A DNA stretch of 64,000 nt from Fidelibacterota bacterium (GCA_017656425.1 JACDNV010000006.1:42542-106541), one strand, 5' to 3'. Shown: positions 1 to 8,555, counted from the first letter of the stretch. Notes: a model not told the origin generated them from the sequence alone. Program-made: numbers and translations.

Positions 1-61
1 AAACCGAATTATTTGTTTTATTTTTGTTTCTGTAAATAATAATTTTTTATGACTTACGGAA

Positions 62-697
62 ATGAAATATTTAGAGTTTAAAAATGCGGTTAGGGAGTTC
101 CCCATAATATCATCCACCCATATTTTTAATATCAATAAGGGCACTCGGACTCTTAAAACCCAGTTAGTCGGATGGCAAAAGAAGGGTTTAGTTATCAAAT
201 TGAAGAGAGGGCTATACATTTTAAATGAGCGGGACAGGAAACATGAACCGTCCAGAATATTCCTTGCCAATGCCCTATATTCACCATCTTATGTGAGTAC
301 AATTTATGCCCTGGGTTACTATGATTTAATTCCTGAAAAGGTGGTTGATGTTACATCAGTTACTACCAAAAAGACTACGAAATTTACAAATCCTTTTGGT
401 ACCTTCATTTATCAGCACTTGAAAACCAATTTATTTTTTGGTTTCAAAGAGATTGAAGATGAAAATGGTTTTCCTGTTCTTATTGCAGAGCCAGAAAAGG
501 CAGTGCTTGATTTCATTTACTTAAATTTACAGGATTTTAAAAGTAAAAATGAGGATGTCTTCAGTCTCTCATACAGGTTCCAAAATTTAGATATACTGAG
601 AAGGAGATACCTTGTTGATTTTGCTAAAAAATACGAAAACAAGGAAATGCTTGATGTAGTAGAAAATTTATTAAGCTTTATGAAAGAAGAGAGATAA
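62..697 (+). CDS. abiEi: Type IV toxin-antitoxin antitoxin, AbiEi family (wHTH + AbiEi C-terminal domain)
   Basis: Motifs LIKLKRGLY-like, PSYVS..ALGYYDLIPE and IAEPEKAVLD; lies directly upstream of an AbiEii-like gene. Confidence 0.85.
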   Translation: MKYLEFKNAVREFPIISSTHIFNINKGTRTLKTQLVGWQKKGLVIKLKRGLYILNERDRKHEPSRIFLANALYSPSYVSTIYALGYYDLIPEKVVDVTSVTTKKTTKFTNPFGTFIYQHLKTNLFFGFKEIEDENGFPVLIAEPEKAVLDFIYLNLQDFKSKNEDVFSLSYRFQNLDILRRRYLVDFAKKYENKEMLDVVENLLSFMKEER

Positions 698-700
698 TTT

Positions 701-1513
701 ATGCTTGATTTAATAAAGCGAAGTATCAAAGGCATTCCAGACAGTGAGATGAAAGTTCACATCACCAGAGAATTTTTGCAATTACTTATATTAAAGATTA
801 TTTCCGATAAAGATTATTTTAAGAATCTCGCCTTTGTTGGGGGAACAGCATTGAGATTTCTTTATAGCCTAAGGAGATTTTCAGAAGACCTCGACTTTTC
901 ACTGATTAATAAAGAAGGTTATAAATTTGAGAGTTTTTTGGGAAAAATTACTTATGAATTAGAAAAATATGGCCTTTCTGTAGAGATTAAGAAAAGTGCA
1001 AAAGAACCTGTCCAATCCGCCATGGTTAAATTTAAAGATATTTTGTATCTTTTAGGATTATCCAGGCAAAAGGGCCGAAGACTTTCAATTAAGCTTGAAA
1101 TAGACTCAAATCCACCTGTGGGTTGGAATACAGAGCTTTCTTTAGTGAATAAGCATTTTGTTTTTACAGTCCTACATTTTGATATTCCCTCTCTTTATGC
1201 TACAAAGATTCATGCCTGTTTTTTTAGAAAATACATTAAAGGAAGGGACTTTTATGATCTCATATGGTACTTTGGGAAAAAGGCTATGCCTAATTTTGAG
1301 CTTCTCAATAATGCCATAGAGCAGACAGAAAAAAAGAGAATGGATTTAAATGCGAAAAATTTTAATGATTTTTTAAAAGAAAGATTAATAGGTATCGATT
1401 TTGCAAAAGTAAGGAAAGATGTAGAGAGATTTATAGAGGACAAGAACGAACTCAAATTATTGAACAGGGATGTGATTTTAAAACTTCTGAATAAAGAGTT
1501 GATGAGTTTATGA
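701..1513 (+). CDS. abiEii: Nucleotidyltransferase toxin, AbiEii/AbiGii family
   Basis: FVGGTALR, RFSEDLDF, K..A and KGRDFYDL motifs. Confidence 0.9.
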   Translation: MLDLIKRSIKGIPDSEMKVHITREFLQLLILKIISDKDYFKNLAFVGGTALRFLYSLRRFSEDLDFSLINKEGYKFESFLGKITYELEKYGLSVEIKKSAKEPVQSAMVKFKDILYLLGLSRQKGRRLSIKLEIDSNPPVGWNTELSLVNKHFVFTVLHFDIPSLYATKIHACFFRKYIKGRDFYDLIWYFGKKAMPNFELLNNAIEQTEKKRMDLNAKNFNDFLKERLIGIDFAKVRKDVERFIEDKNELKLLNRDVILKLLNKELMSL

Positions 1514-1551
1514 GTTTATGAGTTTAGGAGTTTAGGAGTTAGAGTTGGAGT
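1496..1551 (+). repeat. (GAGTT-NNN)n tract 1, about 8 units, mostly 8-bp period
   Basis: gagttgat gagtttat gagtttat gagtttag gagtttag gagtta gagttg gagt; spans the abiEii stop and livH RBS region. Confidence 0.95.
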
Positions 1552-1562
1552 ATTAATAAGAG

Positions 1563-2461
1563 ATGATACAACAACTAATAGTGAATGGAATTATTGCAGG
1601 AAGCATTTACGGCTTAGTCGCTATTGGATTCACAATTATTTACCGCACGGTTAAATTTTTTCATTTTGCCCATGGGGTGGTTTATACAATAGGGGCTTAC
1701 CTTGCTTACACTTTTATTAACTCACTAACCCATCAACTCCCAAACTCATTAACTGTTTATATAACCTCTTTTCTTCTATCCGTAATCCTTGCTGCTATTC
1801 TTGGAATCGCTATTGATAGATTAGTCTATTATCCTCTCCGACGGCAGAATGCATCAAATCTGATTTTTCTCCTTGCCTCATTCGGTGTTTTTATCTTTCT
1901 TCAGAATCTGATTCAACTCATATACGGGGCACAAATTCTCACGATTAGAACTGGACCCATAAAAGAGGGACACCATTTCCTTGGTGCAGTGATTACCGAT
2001 ATTCAAATCTTAATACTGGTGGTTTCCATCATTCTTATGATACTGCTCTGGTTCTTTATTCAGAAGACAAAACTAGGTAAGGCAATGAGGGCTGTTTCGG
2101 ATGATCCTTTAGCAGCAAATTTGTCGGTATAAATCCTGAAAAGATAATCATGTCCTCATTTGCTATTGGTTCTGCCCTGGCTGGTGCTGCTGGAATACTT
2201 ATTTCTTTTGAAACCAATATTGAACCCACCATGGGATTTAGTGCTCTTCTGAAAGGTATTATTGCCTCTATTATTGGTGGGATTGGCAGTATCCCTGGAG
2301 CTGTGCTTGGTGGATTCTTTCTTGGACTGGTTGAGAACCTTGGTATCTGGAAGATATCTGCTGGATGGAAGGATTGTATTGCGTTTGTAATACTCATAAT
2401 CTTTCTATTGATAGGACCATGGGGTTTATTGAGTAATAAAACGGAGAAATTGAGTTTGTGA
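1563..2461 (+). pseudogene. livH: Branched-chain amino acid ABC permease LivH, split by a 1-base frameshift near 2120 (real or sequencing error)
   Basis: ORF 1563-2132 (NGIIAGSIYGLVAIG, GKAMRAVSDD) continues in another frame as VGINPEKII..., then ORF 2150-2461 (GGIGSIPGAVLGG). Confidence 0.85.
1719..1755 (+). repeat. (AACTC-NNN)n tract inside livH, 5 units, reverse complement of tract 1 type
   Basis: aactcact aacccatc aactccca aactcatt aactg; encodes NSLTHQLPNSLT. Confidence 0.85.
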
Positions 2462-2597
2462 GTTTGGGAGTTTGTGAGTTTGTGAGTTTGTGAGTTTGGG
2501 GGTTTGTGAGTTGGTGAGTTATGGAGTTAGGAGTTAGGAGTTAGGAGTTAGGGAGTTTAGGAGTTTAAGAGTTTAAGAGTTTAGGAGTTAGGGAGTT
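2452..2597 (+). repeat. (GAGTT-NN(N))n tract 2, about 19 units, ending at the ATG of the four-helix-bundle gene
   Basis: gagtttgt, gagtttgg, gagttag, gagtttaa and similar units fill the whole intergenic region. Confidence 0.97.
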
Positions 2598-3005
2598 ATG
2601 GCGAAAATAGAAAAGTTTGAAGATATTGAGGCCTGGCAAAAGGCAAGAAGTTTAGTTAAAGAAGTTTATAGAGTTTGTGGATTTGAGAGATACAAAAAAG
2701 ATTATAATCTTATTGATCAAACGAGAAGCTCTGCAATTTCAATTATAGCTAACATTGCAGAAGGTTATGCCAGACGAACAAATAAAGAATTTATAAATTT
2801 TCTTGGAATGGCACATGCTTCAGCAGCAGAGCTTCAATCACATCTTTATGTCGCTTTAGATCAGAGGTATATTTCTGATCAGGATTTTAGGATCATTTAT
2901 TCATTAGCAGATCAAGTTTCTAAAATGATCCAGGGCTTTATTACTTACTTGAAAAACTCCCAAACTCCAAAACTCAAGAACTCTCAACTCAAAAGGAAAA
3001 ATTAA
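2598..3005 (+). CDS. Four helix bundle protein (TIGR02436 / 23S rRNA intervening-sequence protein / Avd-like family)
   Basis: FEDIEAWQKA, DQTRSSAISIIANIAEGY.R, EFINFLGMAHASAAELQSHLYVALD. Confidence 0.92.
   Translation: MAKIEKFEDIEAWQKARSLVKEVYRVCGFERYKKDYNLIDQTRSSAISIIANIAEGYARRTNKEFINFLGMAHASAAELQSHLYVALDQRYISDQDFRIIYSLADQVSKMIQGFITYLKNSQTPKLKNSQLKRKN
2955..2990 (+). repeat. (AACTC-NNN)n tract at the 3' end of the four-helix-bundle gene, 5 units
   Basis: aactccca aactccaa aactcaag aactctc aactc. Confidence 0.92.
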
Positions 3006-3874
3006 TGGAACATTTACTTCATATATTAGTAATCGCTGGAATATACATCATCTTGACTCTGAGCCTTAATCTCATTGTTGGATATACAGGACTGCCTGCA
3101 CTGGGTCATGCAGCCTTTTCCTGCATTGGTGCGTATACGTCGAGTCTGCTTGCGCTGTATATTGGGGTATCCCCATGGATAGGATTATTGATAGGGGGAT
3201 GTTTGGCAGCTCTGTCAGGCATTATAATAGGATATCCTGCAGTACGATTAAAAGGGGATTATCTTGCTCTGGCAACATTCGGGATGGGAGTTATTGTTTA
3301 CTCCATCGCTAAGAACTGGGTATCCCTTACAAGGGGTCCAATGGGACTTCCCGGAATCCCCGGGTTTTCTATTTTTGGTATCCAGCTATCAGAGATATGG
3401 TCTTACCTGCTTCTGGTTTCGGTTTTTGTGGCAATTACCATATTTGTTATTAACAGGATAGTAAATTCTCCATTTGGCAGGATACTTCGGTCTATCAGAG
3501 AGGACGAAATTGCCTCAGAGGCTTTAGGAAAAAATACAACCAAATATAAACTCCTGGTTTTTATTATCGGAGCATTCTTTGCTGGTATTGCTGGAAGCCT
3601 TTATGCTCACTACATAACCTTTATTGACCCTTCAAGCTTCACTGTTATGGAATCCATAACCATTCTTCTTATGGTTATCTTTGGAGGAATGGGGAGCATA
3701 TCAGGTTCTATAGTGGGAGCAGTGGTTTTGGTAGTATTTCCTGAACTTTTGAGATTTCTTGGAATGCCGTCTTCAATCGCAGCGCCTATGAGGCAAATGA
3801 TATATGGATTGTTGCTCGTATCTCTTATGCTTAAAAGACCTCAGGGAATAATGGGGGTTTATAAGTTTAAGTAA
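3005..3874 (+). CDS. livM: Branched-chain amino acid ABC permease LivM
   Basis: GYTGLPALGHAAF, RLKGDYLALAT, SPFGRILRSIREDE; TAATG overlap with the upstream gene. Confidence 0.9.
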   Translation: MEHLLHILVIAGIYIILTLSLNLIVGYTGLPALGHAAFSCIGAYTSSLLALYIGVSPWIGLLIGGCLAALSGIIIGYPAVRLKGDYLALATFGMGVIVYSIAKNWVSLTRGPMGLPGIPGFSIFGIQLSEIWSYLLLVSVFVAITIFVINRIVNSPFGRILRSIREDEIASEALGKNTTKYKLLVFIIGAFFAGIAGSLYAHYITFIDPSSFTVMESITILLMVIFGGMGSISGSIVGAVVLVVFPELLRFLGMPSSIAAPMRQMIYGLLLVSLMLKRPQGIMGVYKFK

Positions 3875-3880
3875 GTTTTT

Positions 3881-3908
3881 GAATTTATGAGTTAATGAGT
3901 GATGAGTT
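3881..3908 (+). repeat. Degenerate (GAGTT-NNN)n tract 3 over the livG start
   Basis: gaatttat gagttaat gagtgat gagtt; weaker units extend back to about 3855. Confidence 0.75.
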
Positions 3909-4708
3909 ATATTTTGCGAATAAAAAATCTTGTTAAGGAGTTTGATGGATTAAGGGCGGTAGATGACCTATCCTTTGATATTAAGAGAAATACTATCACT
4001 GCATTGATTGGACCGAATGGTTCAGGTAAGACCACTGTGTTTAACATAATAAGCGGTTTCTTAAAGCCAGAAGGAGGCAAGGTTATTTTTCAACTCAATA
4101 ACTCATCAACTCATGAACTCACAAAACTTAGTCCTTATAGAATAGCCAGACTGGGTATTTCGCGGACATTTCAGAATATCAGATTATTCCCCCAGATTAC
4201 GGTAATGGAAAATATGTTACTTTCGACCAGATATGAGAAGGGTGAAGGACTCATACCTGCACTTCTCCAGTCAAAGATCATGAAGGATGAGGAACGGAGA
4301 AATAGAGAAAAGGACATGGGATATCTTGAATTGGTAGGTCTTACTGATAAGAAAGATGAGCTTGCACAAAATCTATCGCATGGACAGAGAAGATTGCTTG
4401 AGTTAGCACGGGCACTGGCAACAGAAGCAGAACTCTTTTTACTGGATGAACCGACAGCAGGTGTCTTCCCAAATATGAGAATTAAGATTCTGGATGTGCT
4501 TGAGAAATTAAAAACCAAAGGCAAGACTATCCTACTCATTGAGCATGATATGAAGGTAGTGACAGGGATTTCCGATAATGTAATTGTGTTGAATTACGGT
4601 CAAAAGATTGCTGAAGGGCCTCCAGAGGTGGTAACCAGAGATGAGAGGGTTATAGAAGCCTATCTTGGCAAGAAAAGGAGTTCGGGAGTTGGAGAGTTCA
4701 GGAGTTGA
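3902..4708 (+). CDS. livG: Branched-chain amino acid ABC ATPase LivG
   Basis: GPNGSGKTT Walker [25 protein letters not shown]. Confidence 0.9.
   Translation: MSYILRIKNLVKEFDGLRAVDDLSFDIKRNTITALIGPNGSGKTTVFNIISGFLKPEGGKVIFQLNNSSTHELTKLSPYRIARLGISRTFQNIRLFPQITVMENMLLSTRYEKGEGLIPALLQSKIMKDEERRNREKDMGYLELVGLTDKKDELAQNLSHGQRRLLELARALATEAELFLLDEPTAGVFPNMRIKILDVLEKLKTKGKTILLIEHDMKVVTGISDNVIVLNYGQKIAEGPPEVVTRDERVIEAYLGKKRSSGVGEFRS
4092..4129 (+). repeat. (AACTC-NNN)n tract inside livG, 4-5 units
   Basis: aactcaat aactcatc aactcatg aactcaca aaactt; encodes [13 protein letters not shown]. Confidence 0.9.
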
Positions 4709-4714
4709 GGAGTT
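4678..4714 (+). repeat. (GAGTT-NNN)n tract 4, 5 units, across the livG stop and livF RBS
   Basis: gagttcgg gagttgga gagttcag gagttgag gagtt. Confidence 0.92.
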
Positions 4715-4719
4715 AAAAA

Positions 4720-5496
4720 ATGAACTATAATCAAAAAAAATTTGATAATAAATTTCTAACTCAAAAACTCACTAACTCAAAAACACATTTAACTCTTTTA
4801 GAAGTAAAAAACTTAACAGTACATTACGGCTCTGTCCTCGCTCTGGATGATATTTCTCTCTCTGTCAATGGGGGAGAAATTGTGGCAATGATAGGTCCGA
4901 ATGGTGCTGGAAAATCTACAGCTTTAAAGGCAATTTGTGGTCTTGTAAAATCCACATCAGGAGAAATCTTATTTCAGGGAGAAGATATAAATGGCAATCA
5001 GCCATATCAACTGGTTGAGAAAGGATTATGCCTTGTGCCAGAAGGAAGACGAGTTTTTACTTCAATGACTGTTTTAGAGAATTTGGAGATGGGAGCTTAT
5101 ACCAGAAATGATAAAAATATTCAGGAAGATATTGATAGAGTATTTACTTTATTTCCTGTTCTCAAGAAAAGACAGAAACAGAGAGCAGGAACATTGAGTA
5201 GTGGAGAACAACAGATGCTTGCTATTGGCAGGGCACTGATGCTAAAACCAAAACTGCTTTTATTAGATGAACCATCACTGGGACTTTCTCCAAATTATAT
5301 GGAAACTGTATTTGAAAAGATAAAAGAAATTAACAAAGAGGGAACTATAATTCTCCTCGTGGAGCAGAATGCCAGGATGGCTCTGGAATATGCTGATAGA
5401 GGCTATGTATTTAAAATAGGCAAAATTGCTTTTGAGGATAATGCAAAAAACCTCCTTGAAAATGATGAAATTAAACAGTCATTTTTAGGAGGATAA
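4720..5496 (+). CDS. livF: Branched-chain amino acid ABC ATPase LivF with a repeat-derived N-terminal extension
   Basis: GPNGAGKST, VPEGRRVF, LSSGEQQMLAIGRALM, LLVEQNA. Confidence 0.92.
   Translation: MNYNQKKFDNKFLTQKLTNSKTHLTLLEVKNLTVHYGSVLALDDISLSVNGGEIVAMIGPNGAGKSTALKAICGLVKSTSGEILFQGEDINGNQPYQLVEKGLCLVPEGRRVFTSMTVLENLEMGAYTRNDKNIQEDIDRVFTLFPVLKKRQKQRAGTLSSGEQQMLAIGRALMLKPKLLLLDEPSLGLSPNYMETVFEKIKEINKEGTIILLVEQNARMALEYADRGYVFKIGKIAFEDNAKNLLENDEIKQSFLGG
4758..4795 (+). repeat. (AACTC-NNN)n tract inside the 5' end of livF, 5 units
   Basis: aactcaaa aactcact aactcaaa aacacattt aactc. Confidence 0.88.
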
Positions 5497-5569
5497 ATTA
5501 AGAAAAATATTTATCATACTTTTAAAAAGTAAAGGGAATAGAAAGACACCATAAACTTGTAGATTCAAG

Positions 5570-5790
5570 TATATAACCAAGGACATTTATATAAATTTTA
5601 GTAAGAAGTAGGTGTAGAGGTTTTATCTATTATAATTGAAATAGAATTGGTAGGATGAAGCTTTAACAAGGAAATCTTTTACTGAGCTGAATGATTCTAT
5701 GCAGTAGAATTCGTCTTCGATTAATCTGTGAGAGGATTCTACATTGGCATTAGCATTGGGGTAATGTGTCCGTAGGATCCCTAATCGGGA
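5570..5790 (-). mobile_element. Remnant of a DDE (integrase-core) transposase, C-terminal part; boundaries approximate
   Basis: NANVESSHRLIEDEFY...FLVKASSYQFYFNYNR resembles the rve C-terminal E helix and YN..R motif; truncated and decayed. Confidence 0.65.
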
Positions 5791-5949
5791 TAGGTTATGT
5801 TTTTTACTTATCTTTGATTCTTTTCCCAAAAATCTCACAGAGAATAGCCAGTCAATGGGGTATGGTCTTATCACTCATTACCCTCAATTTAATCAATTCT
5901 ATTGTACCATTATATGCATGAAATTTTCAGAAAATGGATAAAAAATATT

Positions 5950-5978
5950 TTGATTTTTGAAGTATTTTTTATTATACT
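5950..5978 (+). promoter_or_regulatory. Candidate cassette promoter Pc (sigma70-like)
   Basis: TTGATT-17 bp-TATACT, about 225 bp upstream of the attI crossover. Confidence 0.5.
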
Positions 5979-6187
5979 TAAAAAGTAACATAAGAGAAGT
6001 AAATGCGTCAGGTTCATGTTCATAAGGGTAATTCGGGCGGAATTAGGGATTATTTTTTGTATGATCCTTTTCTAACAAATAATAATGAGAAAATGTGATT
6101 AAATTTATGAATAATAAACAGTTAACAATTAACGAGCGAAATGAATTAGGTAGCCATGAAGAGCAACTTTTGCTTTTTTCATTAGTA

Positions 6188-6208
6188 CCCCCTAATTTTA
6201 TGTTAGCC
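6188..6208 (+). other. attI: Candidate attI site of an integron
   Basis: CCCCCTAATTTTATGTTAGCC resembles attI1 CCCTAAAACAAAGTTRRRY; GTTAGCCG is the exact complement of CGGCTAAC closing the first cassette. Confidence 0.65.
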
Positions 6209-6232
6209 GATCGAAATAGTGGAGGATATGAT

Positions 6233-6484
6233 ATGAAAAGATGTTATGAATTGAAGAATTGTGGAATGGACAAGAAGTCCCCAGAAGAAGGTAGTTGTCC
6301 AGCCTATGCATCAAGTACAGATTGCTGGTACTATGACTGGGAATCCTTCTGGAAAGAGATGGCAGATGGTCCAGAAAAGGAAGAAGGAAAGAAGGGAATG
6401 TTAGCTGACTGCTCTTCTTGTCCGGTGAGAGAAGTACACAAAGAGGAAGTGGATCTGTTCATGTCAAAGGTTCGTCAAGTGTAG
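6233..6484 (+). CDS. Cassette 1: small Cys-rich protein, two-CW-domain-like
   Basis: RBS GGAGG at 6221 and ATG at 6233; C.E.K.C, CPAY, CW and C..CPV pattern. Confidence 0.65.
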   Translation: MKRCYELKNCGMDKKSPEEGSCPAYASSTDCWYYDWESFWKEMADGPEKEEGKKGMLADCSSCPVREVHKEEVDLFMSKVRQV

Positions 6485-6522
6485 AGTGGTTGATCTGAAT
6501 GTACCGAAGAGTAGCAAATGAC

Positions 6523-6594
6523 GGCTAACAACGCCATGCACCCTGACGCGAATTCCGCTGCGCTCCATTCCCGCCGGTGATGGCGACATTATGT
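6523..6594 (+). other. attC: attC site 1 (R' degenerate: ATTATGT)
   Basis: GGCTAAC aacgccatgcacc...ggtgatggcgac ATTATGT. Confidence 0.8.
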
Positions 6595-6613
6595 TGCTAC
6601 GTGTAGCTGATAG

Positions 6614-7075
6614 GTGCGAGAGAAAATGAAGAGGATGTTGTGGATTCCAATCGCCTACATGGCAGTTTTCGGCGTATTGCTGCTTATTGCCTGGCCCCAT
6701 CTTGATGCCACGGGAACCATCGGTGTGGTAAGCGTACTCGGAGGCGGCTTAGCCGGCGTGGTCGGCGCATTCGTTGGTGCGGTGGTCGCCCTGCAACGGA
6801 TAGAAAAGGAGAGCCAGACCAAGATCAAAGAATCTGCCGCCTCCCAAGCCCTGGAGCTCACGAAACTCGAGATTGGCCTACGATTGAAGGAGGGCAAGCA
6901 ACACCAACTCTTGGCAGCCGCCAAGATCTATCGTGAATTCTACAAGGCTCTCTTCAAACTCTATGACACTAAGAGGTGGCCTAAGGAAATTGAACAGCAA
7001 GGGCTCATCAACATTTACGACTTCGGCGGAGGTCATCCATCTGATGCGAAAGGTCAAGACGAAGAGGCCACATAA
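6614..7075 (+). CDS. Cassette 2: hypothetical protein with two N-terminal transmembrane helices; GC-rich
   Basis: Hydrophobic N-terminus then charged helical domain; stop codon lies in the R'' box ACATAAC. Confidence 0.7.
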   Translation: MREKMKRMLWIPIAYMAVFGVLLLIAWPHLDATGTIGVVSVLGGGLAGVVGAFVGAVVALQRIEKESQTKIKESAASQALELTKLEIGLRLKEGKQHQLLAAAKIYREFYKALFKLYDTKRWPKEIEQQGLINIYDFGGGHPSDAKGQDEEAT

Positions 7076-7135
7076 CAATTCACTCCAGCCGACCGCTCGG
7101 CTTAGCCTCGCGGCGACTGAGTTAGAGCGTTATGT
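7070..7135 (+). other. attC: attC site 2 (intact)
   Basis: ACATAAC aattcactccagccgaccgc...gcggcgactgagttagagc GTTATGT. Confidence 0.9.
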
Positions 7136-7159
7136 AAATTATTACAGAAGGAGTTAAAG

Positions 7160-7717
7160 ATGCCAATATATGAAGATTTAAAAAATGAATTACAAGAAAT
7201 TTCAGAAATATTATCTAAATTTCCTGAATCTATCCAACCTAAAGTTTTTGATATTTTAATAAACAATTTTCTAGGTCGAACAGGAAGTGAAAAAATGAAC
7301 AAAAAAGAAAATGATATAGACAAAAAAACAAAAGATAAAAAAGGTTCTAAACGGAAAATATCTTCAAAAGAAACCTTCACAATAGTTAAGGATTTAAATT
7401 TAATGGGACCAAAAGATAAACCAACTTTTAAAGATTTTTATGGTGGAAAAAAACCAAAATCAAATATAGAATTTAATGTAGTTTCGATTTACTATTTAAA
7501 AAAGATACTTAATATAGAAAAGGTAAATCTTAATCATATTTATACTTGCTATAAAGAAGTGGGAAGGAAAATTCCGAGCAATTTAAAGCAGAGCATATAT
7601 GATACTTCAGGTCCCAAATACGGTTACATTGATGCGAGTAATTCAAATGATCTAAAATTACCCACTACTGGCGAGAACCTCGTTGAGCATGAACTGCCTC
7701 GAAAAAAGAAAAAATAG
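7160..7717 (+). CDS. Cassette 3 gene A: hypothetical protein, probable C-terminal winged helix
   Basis: RBS AAGGAG; YYL...IYTCY...P.NL.Q...GY....LPTTGENLVE pattern. Confidence 0.7.
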   Translation: MPIYEDLKNELQEISEILSKFPESIQPKVFDILINNFLGRTGSEKMNKKENDIDKKTKDKKGSKRKISSKETFTIVKDLNLMGPKDKPTFKDFYGGKKPKSNIEFNVVSIYYLKKILNIEKVNLNHIYTCYKEVGRKIPSNLKQSIYDTSGPKYGYIDASNSNDLKLPTTGENLVEHELPRKKKK

Positions 7718-7726
7718 GATATTAAA

Positions 7727-8488
7727 GTGGATACTAAAATTTTACTTGAAAATATACCTAGTAAGATTCGTGATGAGCTATTTAATGCATTTAATGAAAT
7801 CTTAAAAAACTATCGTGAACAAAGATGGGAACCATCTGAACTGAATGGCGGAAAACTTTGTGAAATTATTTACACAATACTAAATGGCTATATAAATGGC
7901 CAAATTCCTGACAAACCTAAAAAGCCCAATAATTTCGTTGATGCTTGTAGAAAATTAGAATCATCCCCTACGTCTTTTTCACATTCAATAAGAATACAAA
8001 TACCAAGAATGTTGATAGCTTTATATGAAATTTGAAATAATAGAGGTGTTGGGCATTCTGGAGGCGATGTTAATCCTAATAAAATGGATGCTACAGTTGT
8101 TGTTTATATGAGCAAATGGTTAATGGCTGAGTTAATCAGAATATTTTACAAAATTGATTCAGATGAAACACAATTAGCAATCAATAATATTATTGAAACC
8201 ATTATTCCTGTTGTATGGGAAGTAGATGGAAAGTTAAGAATACTTCACCCTGAATTGAAAATGAAGGATTCTACTTTATTGCTTTTGTATCATTCAAGAA
8301 ATGGTTTAAGTGAAAAGAAGTTAGTTGAAAATTTAGAACATTCAAACCTGTCTGTGTATCGACGGGATATTTTAACAAAACTTCATAAGAAACGTTTCAT
8401 AGAATTTAACGAAAAAACCAAAATAGCAAAGATTTCGCCAAAAGGGAGAAATTATGTTGAGAATAATCTTTTAAAAAATTTAACATAA
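7727..8488 (+). pseudogene. Cassette 3 gene B: HEPN-like domain + C-terminal wHTH, interrupted by an in-frame TGA at 8033-8035
   Basis: ORFs 7727-8035 and 8084-8488 share a frame; read-through gives LYEI*NNRGVGHSGG (Rx4-6H-like); C-terminus AKISPKGRNYVE. Confidence 0.75.
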
Positions 8489-8555
8489 CAAAACGCTCCG
8501 CCTGACCGCCATTCCGCTGGCATCTTATAGCGGTAGGTGAGATTGGTAGTTAGTA
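8483..8555 (+). other. attC: attC site 3
   Basis: ACATAAC aaaacgctccgcctgaccgc...gcggtaggtgagattggta GTTAGTA. Confidence 0.85.

Noticed and set aside
2452..2597. CRISPR array or telomere-like/G-quadruplex repeat
   Set aside because: Units are 7-8 bp with no unique 30-40 bp spacers and no cas genes; G-runs are mostly too short for a canonical quadruplex.
2598..3005. Diversity-generating retroelement (Avd-like gene)
   Set aside because: No reverse transcriptase in the window and no TR/VR pair differing only at adenines was seen.
6095..6232. N-terminal 46 codons of ORF 6095-6484
   Set aside because: They cross the attI site; the RBS-supported start is ATG 6233 inside the cassette.
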